Positions 28,822 to 41,489 of a stretch of DNA of 64,000 bases are shown here, in pieces. Position 1 is the first letter of the stretch. Every line of letters begins with the position of its first letter. The stretch is taken from positions 11,594,001 through 11,658,000 of the forward strand of contig OX597824.1 of the NCBI GenBank assembly GCA_951406725.2, in the 5' to 3' direction. The notes under the pieces are model-generated. The model was not told the origin of the DNA. It searched no databases and saw nothing but the letters and a program-made list of their open reading frames with translations. The DNA comes from Octopus vulgaris (lineage: Eukaryota). A program made the translations under genes and the position numbers.

Positions 28822-30641
28822 TCTTATTTATGCTTGGTATCTTTGGAAGGTGAGATAAACAGTCCCATACACACTACTAAATAACAATGAAATACACCAG
28901 TTTGATCCTCATCCCAAGCTACTGAAAATACCTTAATTTCAAACCAAAACTAAATATAGGTTTGGCTGTGTGGTTAAGAAGCTCTCTTTGCAACCACATG
29001 GTTTCAAGTTCTATCATACTACACAGTACTTAAGGCAAGGTGCCTTCTGCTATAGCCTTGGACCAACCAATGTCCTGTATGTGAATTTGGTAAATGGAAA
29101 CTGTGTAGAAGCCTGTCATGTCCATGTCCTTGTGTCTTTCCCCAATACTTGACAACCAGTGTTGGTTTATTTATGTCCCCTGTAACTAAGCGGTTTGGTG
29201 AAAGAGACACATAGAATAAGTGCCAGACTTTCAAAATAGGAATGGAGTCAATTTGTTTGATTAACTCTTCAGCATTTAAATGAGCCATATCAGACCCAAA
29301 CATTCTACCTGTTTTATGTTCAAACTGGCTGATGTCATTTTAAAAATAAATAACTACATCAAAATCTTAAATCTAAAAGATAATGCATGATTAATTCAAG
29401 ATAATGTTAAAAAGTAAGCTTTACATTTGATAAAATAATATGAATGCTAAAGGGTCAAACCTTTCAATAGTGCCCCACCATGGCCACAGTCAAGTGACCG
29501 AAACTAATAAAAGAAAATCTAACTCCATCTATTTAATTATTTATAATCCCATGTCATATTGGCATGCTAGTAATTATGATCCATATCATAGTTTGAGTAA
29601 TGTGTATTCTCATCACTTTTAAGGCCATACACATACACAAATACTTCAGGATTCAAGCCACCGATAGTTACGACCAAGTTACAACACCATCACGTCTACT
29701 TTTTTGTACTTTCATGGTTGGACAGAATTTGTTGAGACAAATTTTCTATGAGTGGATGACCTTCCTGTTGCCAACCTTCACCTGTTTTCCAAGCAAGGTA
29801 GTAACACCCCATGATCAGACATGCTTTCATGGAAGACTGGAAATGAAGGACATCATTTGCATGAGAGTGGCACTCACAACTATCATATGATGGTCAAGGC
29901 AAGGAGACATTAACACACACACACATGCACACAATGGGCTTCTTTCAGCAAAATAAACAGAGGATTGTGAATATTGTCTTTCTGCAGTGAGGAATATACT
30001 ACTTGACATATAGCAGTTATGACCAATATCCAAATAAGAGACACACACCCAGAAACATCTAGAGAAAGAAGATAGGGAGACTGAAAAATTGCTTAGTCAG
30101 ATAAAGGCTCAAAGTAGAACTAGGTGATGTGTCAAAAAGAAAGAAGTGATAGAGACTTATAGAAAATATCTAGGAGTTTCTGGAAGACTATCCACAGTGA
30201 GCCACTGACCAGATTTGTAAATGAAGTAAGTTTCCAGCCAAAGAGAAGATGACATGATTAGTGAAACAGAATGGTAGATGATGTCATAAAAGCTGACAGG
30301 ATTGGGAAAAAAATGGAAGAAAGAGAACAAGTTAAAAATATAGGTAGCTAGAAGAAAAATTAGACATCATGTATAATTAGCAACAAGTATAAAATACGAG
30401 ATTTGCCATTATTCTGTGATGGTAAAGCAAAATGTCACTATAAATCGGGATGTCATGTAGAAAGTTTCTATAATGATATTATTGATGCATTCTCTCTCAC
30501 CTTGATTAACACCAAGGTGAAAAAGGTACTGAAATGCTTTTATAAGAGATTCATGAATGAGGATGTTGGGAGAGATATAAGCAGACCATAAGGGGGAGCA
30601 GCAATTTAAAATGACAGTTATATAGCCAAGATGGTCTTTAA

Positions 30642-30862
30642 CCCTTTAGCATTTAAACCAGCCATATCCGGCCAAAAGTATTCTGCCTATTTTATGTTCA
30701 AACTGGCCAGATCTGGTCTCTCACACCAACCCTACAATATCGTTTTAAAAATTAACAGCTACTTCATCAAATTCTCAAAGCTCGAAGATAATGCATGATT
30801 AGTTCAAAACAATGAGGACGAAAAAGCTTTAATTATGGCAGAATAATGTGAACACTAAAGGG
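30642..30862. mobile_element. piggyBac-like MITE, same family
   Basis: TTAA TSD and same body. A degenerate third copy lies at 29265-29454. Confidence 0.85.
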
Positions 30863-30869
30863 TTAAAGA

Positions 30870-31850
30870 TATGAAGGCAGGGAAAGCAGCCAGACAGTTA
30901 CTGAGATGATAATTACCTAGCCAAATGGGACAGGAACTTTTTACTCACATAGCCAGGTAATACAGGAATGGGTCAAACCCTATAACTGACACAGCAGTAG
31001 TAACTTTAATTCTTGCAAAAGCTAAGGAAATGCTCACGAAAGAAGCAGCTACAAAGATGTCAAAGAGAAGGACTAATGTATAAAAGCAATTGAGTTATAG
31101 AACAGTAATTTAGGAAGAAAATAAGATCAGGTTTGTGCCAGGAAGTTATACCATAGTGAGGTAACCAACCCAAGTTCTTAGCAAAGAGAAAGCCATTAAA
31201 CTTAGGAATCATTGACCTGAAGAAGGCTCTGGCTAGGTATCACACTGTAATCTGATGGTTACTAAGGAAACTAGGCAGAGATGAATGGTTTGTCAGAGCC
31301 ACTGCAAACCATGCTCAAAGATAGCATTAGCAAGATGAGAGTAATGAGTACAAAGTGGAATTTAGCAGGTGTCCTCCTTTCCATCTTGATCTCCAAGCCA
31401 TTACATAATTGTTTAAGACTGTCAATAGAAACTCCTGTATACCAATAGTCTAGTTTTGATGACTGAATCAGTTGAAGATTTAGAGAAATTTCAAAAATGG
31501 AAACCTAGAGAATCCAGAGATCTTAAAATCTTAGCAAAGACAAGTATTAGCAAACAGAAAAATAACAGAACTTTACTGCCAATTGGAGAGTGGCCATGCT
31601 CAATATGGAAGAAAATGCTCATGTAGAAACTCCATACAGTGTGGCTAATGTAAACAATGGGTGCACAAGAGCTGCTGTGAGGTTACAGACAAACAGAAAG
31701 AGAAGAACTGTGTATGAAGCAGAACTACAGGAGTAGTGAGTAGCAAGAGCACACTTAGAATATATTTCAAATGCTCAGAAAGTGGTTTAAAGGAGTTGAT
31801 AGCCTCTGTTACCTAAGTGATCTAATTAACAAAAGGAGAGCATTTTGAAA
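30870..31850 (+). pseudogene. Old, heavily mutated RTE RT fragment
   Basis: Degenerate matches to the young element (aaactaggcagagatgaatggtttgtcagagc, gagtggccatgctcaata, gggtgcacaagag, gttacctaagtga), with many stops and frameshifts. Confidence 0.7.
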
Positions 31851-32055
31851 GTTCTGATGATTACCTTATTTTCCAAAATAGATGGACACCCTATAAACAC
31901 ACACACACACACACACGCATGTGTATACAGTATCTGGGGCTAAGATCAAAATCTTTATTTCTAATGCACATATCTACTTGACTTAGTCTTGAAGATATGG
32001 TTAATTATTCAGACAACTTTATAATATTGTCTTTATATATATATATATATTATAT

Positions 32056-33219
32056 AAACTAGGGATAGAAGAATGGTTGGTGAGAGCTGTGCAAGCCATG
32101 TACAGAGACGCTGCTAGTAAGGTGAGGGTGGGCAACGAGTACAGTGAAGAATTCCGGGTAGAGGTTGGGGTCCACCAAGGTTCAGTCCTCAGTCCCCTCC
32201 TATTTATCATAGTCCTCCAGGCAATAACGGAGGAATTCAAGACAGGTTGCCCCTGGGAGCTCCTCTATGCTGATGACCTTGCTCTAATTGCTGAGTCACT
32301 ATCAGAACTGGAGGAGAAGTTCCAGGTGTGGAAACAAGGATTAGAATCGAAGGGCCTTAGAATCAACCTAGCCAAAACCAAAGTTCTAATAAGTAGGAAG
32401 GTAGATCAATCACAAACGCCTTCAGGTAGATGGCCCTGCTCGATCTGTAAAAAAGGTGTAGGTAGAAACTCTATAAGATGCACCAAGTGTAAGCTATGGA
32501 CACATAAGAGGTGCAGCAATGTCAAAGGAAGGCTAACTAGGAAAATAGTTTTTGTCTGTGGCAAATGCTCAGGAGCAATAAACACTGGAAATATGCAGAG
32601 ACCAACTTCTGCCACGTTCCAGGGAGACAAACTAGAAGTAGTTGATAGCTTCCGCTACCTAGGAGACCAAGTCAGTAGCGGGGGTGGGTGTGCTGAAAGT
32701 GTAACTGCTAGAGTAAGAATAGCCTGGGCAAAGTTTAGAGAGCTCTTACCCCTGCTGGTGACAAAAGGCCTCTCGCTCAGAGTAAAAGGCAGACTGTATG
32801 ATGCATGTGTACGTACAGCCATGCTACATGGTAGTGAAACATGGGCCGTGACTGCTGAGGATATGCGTAAGCTCGCAAGAAATGAAGCCAGTATGCTCCG
32901 ATGGATGTGTAATGTCAGTGTTCATAATCGTCAGAGTGTAAGTTCCTTGAGAGAAAAGCTGAACCTAAGAAGCGTCAGTTGTGGCGTGCAAGAGAGACGG
33001 CTGCGCTGGTATGGTCATGTGACAAGAAAGGCTGAAGATAGTTGTGTGCAAAAGTGCTACACCCTAGCAGTGGAGGGAACCTGTGGAAGAGGTAGACCCA
33101 GGAAAACCTGGGACGAGGTGGTGAAGCACGACCTTCGAACTTTAGGTCTCACTAAGGAAATGTCTAGAGACCGAGACCTATGGAAGTATGCTGTGCATGA
33201 GAAGACCCGGCAAGACTAG
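32056..33219 (+). CDS. RTE LINE ORF, C-terminal part: reverse transcriptase with inserted PHD-type finger (5'-truncated, no true start)
   Basis: Motifs GVHQGSVLSPLLF, LLYADD, INLAKTKVL, FRYLG, MLHGSETW, RRLRWYGHV and GRGRPRKTW are typical of RTE ORFs. The frame is open from 32056 (KLGIEEWLVRA...). Confidence 0.92.
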   Translation, partial: KLGIEEWLVRAVQAMYRDAASKVRVGNEYSEEFRVEVGVHQGSVLSPLLFIIVLQAITEEFKTGCPWELLYADDLALIAESLSELEEKFQVWKQGLESKGLRINLAKTKVLISRKVDQSQTPSGRWPCSICKKGVGRNSIRCTKCKLWTHKRCSNVKGRLTRKIVFVCGKCSGAINTGNMQRPTSATFQGDKLEVVDSFRYLGDQVSSGGGCAESVTARVRIAWAKFRELLPLLVTKGLSLRVKGRLYDACVRTAMLHGSETWAVTAEDMRKLARNEASMLRWMCNVSVHNRQSVSSLREKLNLRSVSCGVQERRLRWYGHVTRKAEDSCVQKCYTLAVEGTCGRGRPRKTWDEVVKHDLRTLGLTKEMSRDRDLWKYAVHEKTRQD

Positions 33220-34958
33220 TCAGGCCATAACCCGTGGCCCCGACCTGGGACGTAGTCAGTCCTGTGCATACCTTCCTTCTTGTGACACTTATGAAGACCT
33301 GTTGAGGCAAGTGAAAATCAAATCAAATCAAATCAAAACAAATCAAATAGATGAACATCAGTGGAATTGTATTCTTTGTGGTACCAGTGCCGGTGGCACA
33401 CAAGAAAACCACCCAAACATGGCCGTAACCAGTACCGCATCGACTGGCCTCCGTGCTGTGGGCACAACAAACACCATCCGATCGTGGCCGTTCGCCAGCC
33501 TCATCTGGCACCTGTGCCGGTGGCACATAAAGACACCATCCGAAGACCCGGCGACGTAGTCAGTCCACCTGTGCATACCTTCCCTCTTATGACACTTGTG
33601 AAGACCTGTTGAGGCAAGTGTGTGACACTTGTGAAGACCTATTGAGGCAGAGGCAAGTGTGTGACACTGGTGGAGACCTGTTGAGGCAAGTGTGTGACCC
33701 TTGTGAAGACCTGTTGAGGCAAGTGAAAATCAAACCAAATCAAAATAGATGAATATCAATGGAATTTGTATCTTTGTGGTTCCAGTACAGGTGGCACACA
33801 AGAAAACCATCCGAACGTGGCCGTAGCTGGTACCGCATCGACTGGCCTCCGTGCTGTGGGCACAACAAACACCATCTGATCGTGGCCGTTCGCCAGCCTC
33901 ACCTGGCACCTGTGTCGGTGGCACATAAAAACACCATCCAAAGACCCGGCGACGTAGTCAGTCCACCTGTGCATACCTTCCCTCTTATGACACTTGTGAA
34001 GACCTGTTGAGGCAGAGGCAAGTGTGTGACACTTTGTGAAGACCTGTTGAGGCAGAGGCAAGTGTGTGACACTTGTGGAGACCTGTTGAGGCAAGTGTGT
34101 GACACGCGTGACACTTGTGAAGACCTGTTGAGGCAAGTGAAAATCAAAAATCAAAATCAAAATCAAACCAAATCAAAATAGATGAACATCAATGGAATTT
34201 GTATCTTTGTGGTTCCAGTACCGGTGGCACACAAGAAAACCATCCGATCGTGGCCGTTCGCCAGCCACATCTGGCACATGTGTCGGTGGCACATAAAGAC
34301 ACCATCCGAAGACCCGGCGACGTAGACAGTCCACCTGTGCATACCTTCCTTCTTGTGACACTTGTGAAGACCTGTTGAGGCAAGTGAAAATCAAATCAAA
34401 TCAAATCAAAATAGATGAACATAAATGGAATTTGTATCTTTGTGGTACCAGTGCCGGTGGCACACAAGAAAATCATCCGAACGTGGCCGTAGCCAGTACC
34501 GCATAGACTGGCCTCCGTGCTTTGGGGACGTAACAAACACCATCCGATCGTGGCCGTCCGCCAGCCTCATCTGGCACCTGTGTCGGTGGCACATAAAAAC
34601 ACCATCCGAGCGTGGCCGTCTGCCAGCCTCGTCTGGCACCTGTGTCGGTGGCACATAAAAACACCATCCGAGCGTGGCCGTCTGCCAGCCTCGTCTGGCA
34701 CCTGTGTCGGTGGCACATAAAAACACCATCCGAGCGTGGCCGTTCGCCAGCCTCGTCTGGCACCTGTGTCGGTGGCACATAAAATCACCCACTACACTCT
34801 CGGAGTGGTTGGCGTTAGGAAGGGCATCCAGCTGTAGAAACACTGCCAGATCTGACTGGCCTGGTGCAGCCTTCGGGCTCCCCAGACCCCAGTTGAACCG
34901 TCCAACCCATGCTAGCATGGAAAACGGACGCTAAATGATGATGATGATGATGATGATG

Positions 34959-34960
<2 letters not shown>
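32056..34960 (+). mobile_element. Young 5'-truncated RTE-clade LINE with long tandemly repetitive 3' UTR and (GAT)n tail, inserted into a (TA)n microsatellite
   Basis: Uninterrupted RT ORF, 3' end ...GGACGCTAAAT(GAT)n, and (TA)n on both flanks (32034-32055 and 34960-34985). Confidence 0.93.
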
Positions 34961-34989
<29 letters not shown>

Positions 34990-35439
34990 GACTAACAATT
35001 CCTTGCTAAATCATTTCTAAATCTGTACATCTGAAAATATTTCATCTGTCCTGAGCTTCTGCATCAAGCGAGAGCAACCTTGGGATTTACAACTATGAAC
35101 ACATTGCATCTTCCTCTCCTTTCAATTTCATTACTTCTTTGGTCAAGCACAAATCACTCAACATTGCTAGATTTACAGAGATGTGTTGGCTTAATAGATA
35201 AAGTATTGGACTGCCTCATCAAAGGTCATGGATTCAAGTCAACTTCTGATGTTCTATTGTATTTATAAGCAGGAGACTCTATTCTAGATTGTCTCAGTTC
35301 AGCTAGGATTTGAGCTGAGGATACCAGATCATTTGATGTCAAATGTAGCAGACTGATTGATATCATCAGCCAACACTTATGAAATCAAAGATGTATGCTA
35401 ACCCTTGATGCATAACTCACAAGTCCCATCATCACAGCA

Positions 35440-35870
35440 GACAATAGTCAGGTCAGTGGGATGCTTGTCCTGCTAGAAATAACAACCAAATCTCAAATCA
35501 CATCCTACCATTTTATATATTTCTTTATTGGCTCACAAGGGGCTAAACATAGAGGGGACAAACAAAGGGATTAAGTCGATTACATCGACACCAGTGCGTA
35601 ACTGATACTTTATCGACCCCGAAAGGATGAAAGGCAAAGTCAACCTCGGCAGAATTTGAACTCAGAACGTAACGGCAGACGAAATACTGCTAAGCATTTC
35701 ACCCGGCACGCTAACATTTCTGCCAGCTCGTCGCCTTCATTTTAAAAAGGATATATTTGATGATGTTGTCATAGATACACTGTCTTAAAAGATGGGATGG
35801 TCAGAGCTGGAACACCTTTGACCATTGGTCAAGTAGATCAATGACTGATCTGGGGTTAAGCATAATTACC
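35440..35870 (+). repeat. Abundant old interspersed repeat (ctagaaataacagccaaat...gacctggggctaaacaacaac), probably a LINE/SINE 3' end
   Basis: Degenerate copies also at about 470-635, 4000-4290, 9890-10155, 16870-17030, 37100-37250, 37520-37720(-), 39280-39600(-), 39830-40000 and 53870-54050(-). This copy is split by a family A SINE. Confidence 0.6.
35518..35737 (-). mobile_element. SINE family A
   Basis: Full-length match to the 761-990 element. Confidence 0.85.
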
Positions 35871-36296
35871 ACCATAACCATACCAGTGTCAATGTCAACA
35901 TCAATATATACCACCAAAAGGAGATATTTGGAGAGCTTCAAAATTGTCGTTTGATCTGCTAATATTAGCAACCAAATCTAATTCAAATGATACCCGACCA
36001 TCTTAAATATAAAAGAGCTGATAATGGATAAGGTAATCCTTAAGAAAAGACAGGTTAATCATGGCCAGAAAGCTTTGATCATAGACTTCTTCACCCAACA
36101 CCACCAATACTAACCTATATACGACTTAACAGCAGCTGCCAATGAATGAGGTTCTCAGTTCAGTGGCTTACGATTTATGAGACTTGTAGCTATGTTGTTC
36201 AGACATGCCAACTGTTGAAAAACATATACACACATTAATTAATAAAGTGTACAAAATTTAAAGAAATTAATTGCAAACAAACCTTCCATACTGAAA

Positions 36297-36460
36297 TATA
36301 TGTGTGTACGTGTGTGTGTGTATGTGTGCGTGTGTATGTATGTGTGCATGTGTGCGTGTATGTGTGTGTGTGTGTGTGTATGTGTATATGTGTGTGTGTA
36401 TATATGTGTGTGTGTGTGTGTATATATGTGTGTGTGTGTGTGTATATGTGTGTGTATATA

Positions 36461-36493
<33 letters not shown>

Positions 36494-36588
36494 ATGTATG
36501 CATGTATGAGTATGCATGTGTGTATATATATATGTGTGTGTATATATATATATCTGTGTGTGTATATATGTGTGTGTATGTGCATGTA

Positions 36589-36639
<51 letters not shown>

Positions 36640-36704
36640 ATATATATATATCTGTGTGTGTATATATGTGTGTGTATGTGCATGTATATATGTGTATATA
36701 TATA

Positions 36705-36755
<51 letters not shown>

Positions 36756-36815
36756 ATGTGTATGTATGTGTATATATGTGCTTATATACATATATATGTG
36801 TGTGTGTGTGTATGT
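36297..36815. repeat. Compound (TG)n/(TA)n microsatellite
   Basis: Direct reading. Confidence 0.95.
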
Positions 36816-39800
36816 ATTCTATAGTTAAAATAGAATGTGTAGCCTGATCCTAATCAGTGTTGTATTAACTGACCAAGTTAGTGAGTAATAAAACATCATA
36901 CGTTTATGTATTTAACATGAAAGCAAACTAGACATATACTTCACACCTATGACAGGTGATTAGTAGACATCAGAATCATTCTGTAGTCACTATGATCAAT
37001 ATCACAGCAGTATGAAATATTACAAGTCAAGCTAGTTAGTAGGAAAGTATAATAATTCTCTCAGTGTACAGTTACTATAAGCTGGAGTCAATGACCTAGT
37101 CAATCAACCTGCTAGAAATAGATGCTAAATTCCCCTCAAACCACACTCTACTATATTATATAATGCAAAACACATAAGGCAATGTAGGCCTTGATGTACA
37201 AAATGATGGGTTTGTTCACCACTGAAATGCCTCTGGGGCTAAACAATATTGTTTTGTTCTTTTCCCTGAGGTCAACAAAATTAGGGCAATGCCATTTCAG
37301 CTTCACATAATGAATGACCATTAGAAAAAAAGATTACCTAAAGCTTTAGTCAGGTATTCACTGATATAACTGAACATAATCACTAAACTTTATGGAGACT
37401 AGTAGTGATCTATGTTGACAAGAATCAATACCATAAAAAGCAAAAAAGCGATATAGCTTCATTTCTGCTTATTACCATAGCAACCAGTCTCATCTAGGAT
37501 GCTAATTGGATGACATCCCAGTTGTCATTTAGCCCCAGGTCAACCTAAATTGAGCAAACTGATGACCAAAGACATTCCAGTTATGACCACCTAGTCTTTT
37601 AGAGGTATATTTTATTTGTCTTCATTATAGGATGTATCTTATTTAAAACAAATGGGGAGGTTTGGTTGTTAATTAAAGCAAGACAATCAACCACATAGAA
37701 GCACCTGCATTGGCTCAGGAATGTTTTTCACACTCAGAATACCCCCCAGAATATTACTGATACTTTATTGACCTTTGACAACTGAGAAACAGTTGTTGGC
37801 CTCAATAGAATTTAGATGAAGAAGTACAAAGCATCAAACTAGGATACCTAATCGATCGAATGAGCACTCTCCTTAATGTCGATAAACATATGAAATTACA
37901 TTAACTGTTCGACACTGGACTTGCACTAAAATATATTAAAAGCCAAGGAGAAATACAGTATCTACTCCTGTATAAGTCACACTATTTTAACTGAAGAAAA
38001 ACTGGGGGTACAACTTGTAAATAGGGCAAAGCTAAGACTATGAAGGGAAAAAAATTCTATCTCAAGATGTAACGCTAAATTAGGAGTGCAACTTAAATGA
38101 ATACATACAGCATATATACCATATTTTCCAGCATACAAATCAACGTAATATGTAATATGAACATTCAAACATGGTCATTATCTTTCCAAATCCTGTTACA
38201 TTTCACATGGAATTTTTGGCCCCCTAAAGTCGGCTTGGTGTTTAAGGCAGCCTACCTTTTTTTGGAAGGTTGTAAATTTTGGTCTAAAAAATTTTACTTG
38301 TTTGCCAGAAAACACAGTAAAAAGAAAGCTATTTCACAACGAAGACCATATATCACCACTATGTGTTTATGTTCAGTGCACAAGATTATCTTTCAAAACA
38401 AGCCTGAAAATTCAGGATTTTTTGTTTATTTTTTTTTCCGTTTCTACATCAAAACATAAGTTGTTTTCAACATTGTAAGATTAAAAGTTTTTTTATTTTG
38501 TTTACATACAACTGCTTCTATACACCCATGAATGTGTCAGGATTGAACTTAACTGATGATCCTGCTTGATTTCTGTATTCATAGGAGACAACAAAACGAG
38601 ATATTTACTAAAACCAAATGTCTTGGCCAATAATGACACAGCACGGTGTCAGTGATAAGATAGATATAAAATGCCAGTCCTCTTTAGCTAACAAGTCTGT
38701 CACTGCATAGACTTAAACTTGTTCTGGCTCTGTCATGGTTAGAGTCAACTAAAACATGCAAAAGAAATTACTGTAAACAATGTGACATTTGGAGGCGCTG
38801 CTGAGTGCTTATTTATAAACTAATAGAGCTCTGACTGAACAAACCTATCATAAAAAAAAAATGCATTCCAGTTGTGACCGTTCCATCTTTTTTACTACAG
38901 GCAACACATGAGCAGGATACGTTATCTGTTATCTTTCACTGCTTTCAGTCATTGGATCACGGCCATGTTGGAGCACAGTCTTGAAGGGTTCAGTCAAACA
39001 AATCGACCTCAGTACTTATTTTTACGAACTTATTCTATCGGTATCTTTACGGGGACGTAAACAAACCAAGCGGTGAATGGGGGTGGGGAGGACAAACATA
39101 CCAAGATACACGCATATATACGACAGGCTTCTACACAGTTTTCGCCTATCAAATTTATTCACAAAACATTGGTCAGCCCAAACAATGATAGAAGACACGC
39201 AGTGGGACTGAACCCGAAGCCACGTGGTTGCAAAGTGAGCTTCTTAACCACAGTCAAGCCTGTGCCTATGTACAGGTTGTTAATCCCGGTGACCTTTCAT
39301 TTTTAAAATAAAAGGGTGTGACTTAAAAGAGATTTGGTTGTTGTTTCTAGCAACGTGAGAGACTACGTAAAGGCTTCCTCAATAGCTTTAATACTACAGA
39401 AGTTGTTATTTAGCTGCAAATAGTCTTAATTTAACCGACCTATAATAAAAGACATTCTAGCCATGACCATCCCTTTTTTTTTTTTTTTTTTTTAATCAGG
39501 AACTAAGTTGTACAACGTTTCCTTTATTATTTAAAATGGAAGGGTGTGAATTTGAGAAAACTTGTTTGCAATTTTTTAACAGACTGAGAGATCACACAGA
39601 GGAAGAACTGTTTTTTGGTAGCTGTATGTTCATTCTGAGTAATCTATGATACACAACTGATGAAGCATTCGGAAGCAACAAGTATTCTTTGTTACATTTT
39701 AGATTAAAAAATTTCAAACACGATCCTCATTTAAGCTATAGGGAGTTTATTGGGAGATGTGGCCACTAAACTGAGCAGCTCAAAGCCTAGTATAAGGGAA

Positions 39801-40859
39801 GCATATCGAAGTGTTGGCCTCAACACGAGAAACACGTCAAGTCCCTTAAATCACATCTCTATAGCCTTAAAAAAAGAATGACATGCTAGATAATATAGCT
39901 TTAGATATACTATGTATGAATAAAGGTTGAGAGGTAGCTACAATCGCCATGTATATGATCATAGGCTTGTTAAATCATGGCTGACCCAGGGCTATATAGA
40001 ACGACGCTTGCAAGTCCATTTGGTTACTGTTTCAAATCATTTCACTTCAAACATTGCACAAGTTGTTTCTCATCTTTAATAAAATAAAGCTTTGTATCTC
40101 TGAAAGAAATCCATGGAACTGAAGTTCGAGTCACTTTAAAATGACAAAATCACATTAAAAATGTTCGCCTTAATAAATTATGAATCCCACTAGTTCTAAA
40201 CGACCAGATTTATTTGTGACTATCAGGTCCTTCCCTCTTTCCTTACATATTAGAAACAGAGAGAGAGAAAAGGATACTTCTATTCGAGGTCCTAGAGCAT
40301 GAAAAATAAAATCAACATCTTGGTATTCTACAGCTTTTGGGTTCAAATCAAAAGAAGGTACAATTTTCTCTTCACTTTAACAGTAAAGATAAAGCAACCG
40401 TTATAATAAACCTTCAGTTTTCACAGTAAGTTAAACATTTAATTTTCAGAACGACAGCTCGTGTTTGATGTAAACACACACAGCAAAAACAATGCGATAA
40501 TGGTTTCTCTTAAGGACATTTGTGTCAATGTTGTCTCCCGCAAGAGCATCGGTGGCGAAAGTGATTCCAGTGAAGAATCAAAACATGGTCGCATACCAGA
40601 TTTACATGAAAAACAAAGATTTAATTTAACAGGATCTCAGGTTAAATGACAGGTAGATAGATAGTATAAGTCAAACGGTATACTACGTTCCTGTGTGTCG
40701 GCGGATATACTGAGAAAATTGTGACCATTAAATTGAATAAACAAACTGCTAATGGACAAAGAAAGTGGGAGGATACAATGAAATATATTTTACACAAGCT
40801 GTGTGCATGTGAGAGAGACGTTAGCCTTGTGCAAAAAGTAGCTGTATGTATATAACCAG

Positions 40860-40990
40860 CTGTGTGTGTGTGCGTGTATATAAACTACCCGTGTAGCATA
40901 CACACACACACGGATATGGCTGGTGTGTGTGAGTGCGTGTGTATAAACTACCCGTGTAACATACATACACACACACGGATATGGCTGGTG
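40860..40990. repeat. Tandem duplication of a ~63-bp unit
   Basis: tataaactacccgtgta...cacacggatatggctggtgt occurs twice. Confidence 0.8.
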
Positions 40991-41089
40991 TCAACGATTC
41001 TTACAATCAAAATGGCTTAGACGGGAACAAGCTAACTTGAACAAGTGATATATATATATATATATATATATGCAGTTAAATAAGAATTC

Positions 41090-41312
41090 GGTACTACAAG
41101 CGAACAGTGCGCGCACTTGCGCATCCTCGCTAGCTAGTCATAAGTAGTCGATCCTACAATTTTTTTAACTAAGTAAATAAATTATTTTTACAGACAAACT
41201 ACGGTTAGGGTTAGGTTTAGGGTTAAAAAGTCGTTGTAGGATCGACTACTTACAACTAGCTAGCGCAGATGCGCGAGTGCGCGCACCGGGACCACTGTTC
41301 GCTAATAGTACC
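41090..41312. mobile_element. MITE with GGTACT TIRs and 8-bp TSD (Merlin-like, family M2)
   Basis: ~70-80-bp imperfect TIRs; TSD aagaattc (41082-41089 and 41313-41320); internal ttagggttaggtttaggg. Confidence 0.88.
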
Positions 41313-41489
41313 AAGAATTCAATCAACTTGTGTATGACAATATAAAAAAAAAATGTTATCTATGTTGTCTGATGTTGAAAGTTCTTACAAAACTGTCAAA
41401 CTGTTTTGCCGGGTTACTGAGAAAAGGAGAACCTGTCAACGACCGAACACATTACACAACCGAATAAAACAACAGCTTCATATTATATA

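Noticed and set aside
33540-34790. CRISPR-like or hammerhead-like repeats in the RTE 3' UTR
   Set aside because: Intervening sequences are themselves repeated. GTGAAGA...GAAA lacks the CUGANGA core and stems I/III.
33188-34934. Multiple 60-170-aa ORFs on both strands
   Set aside because: They arise from GC-rich tandem modules of the LINE 3' UTR and show no protein motifs.
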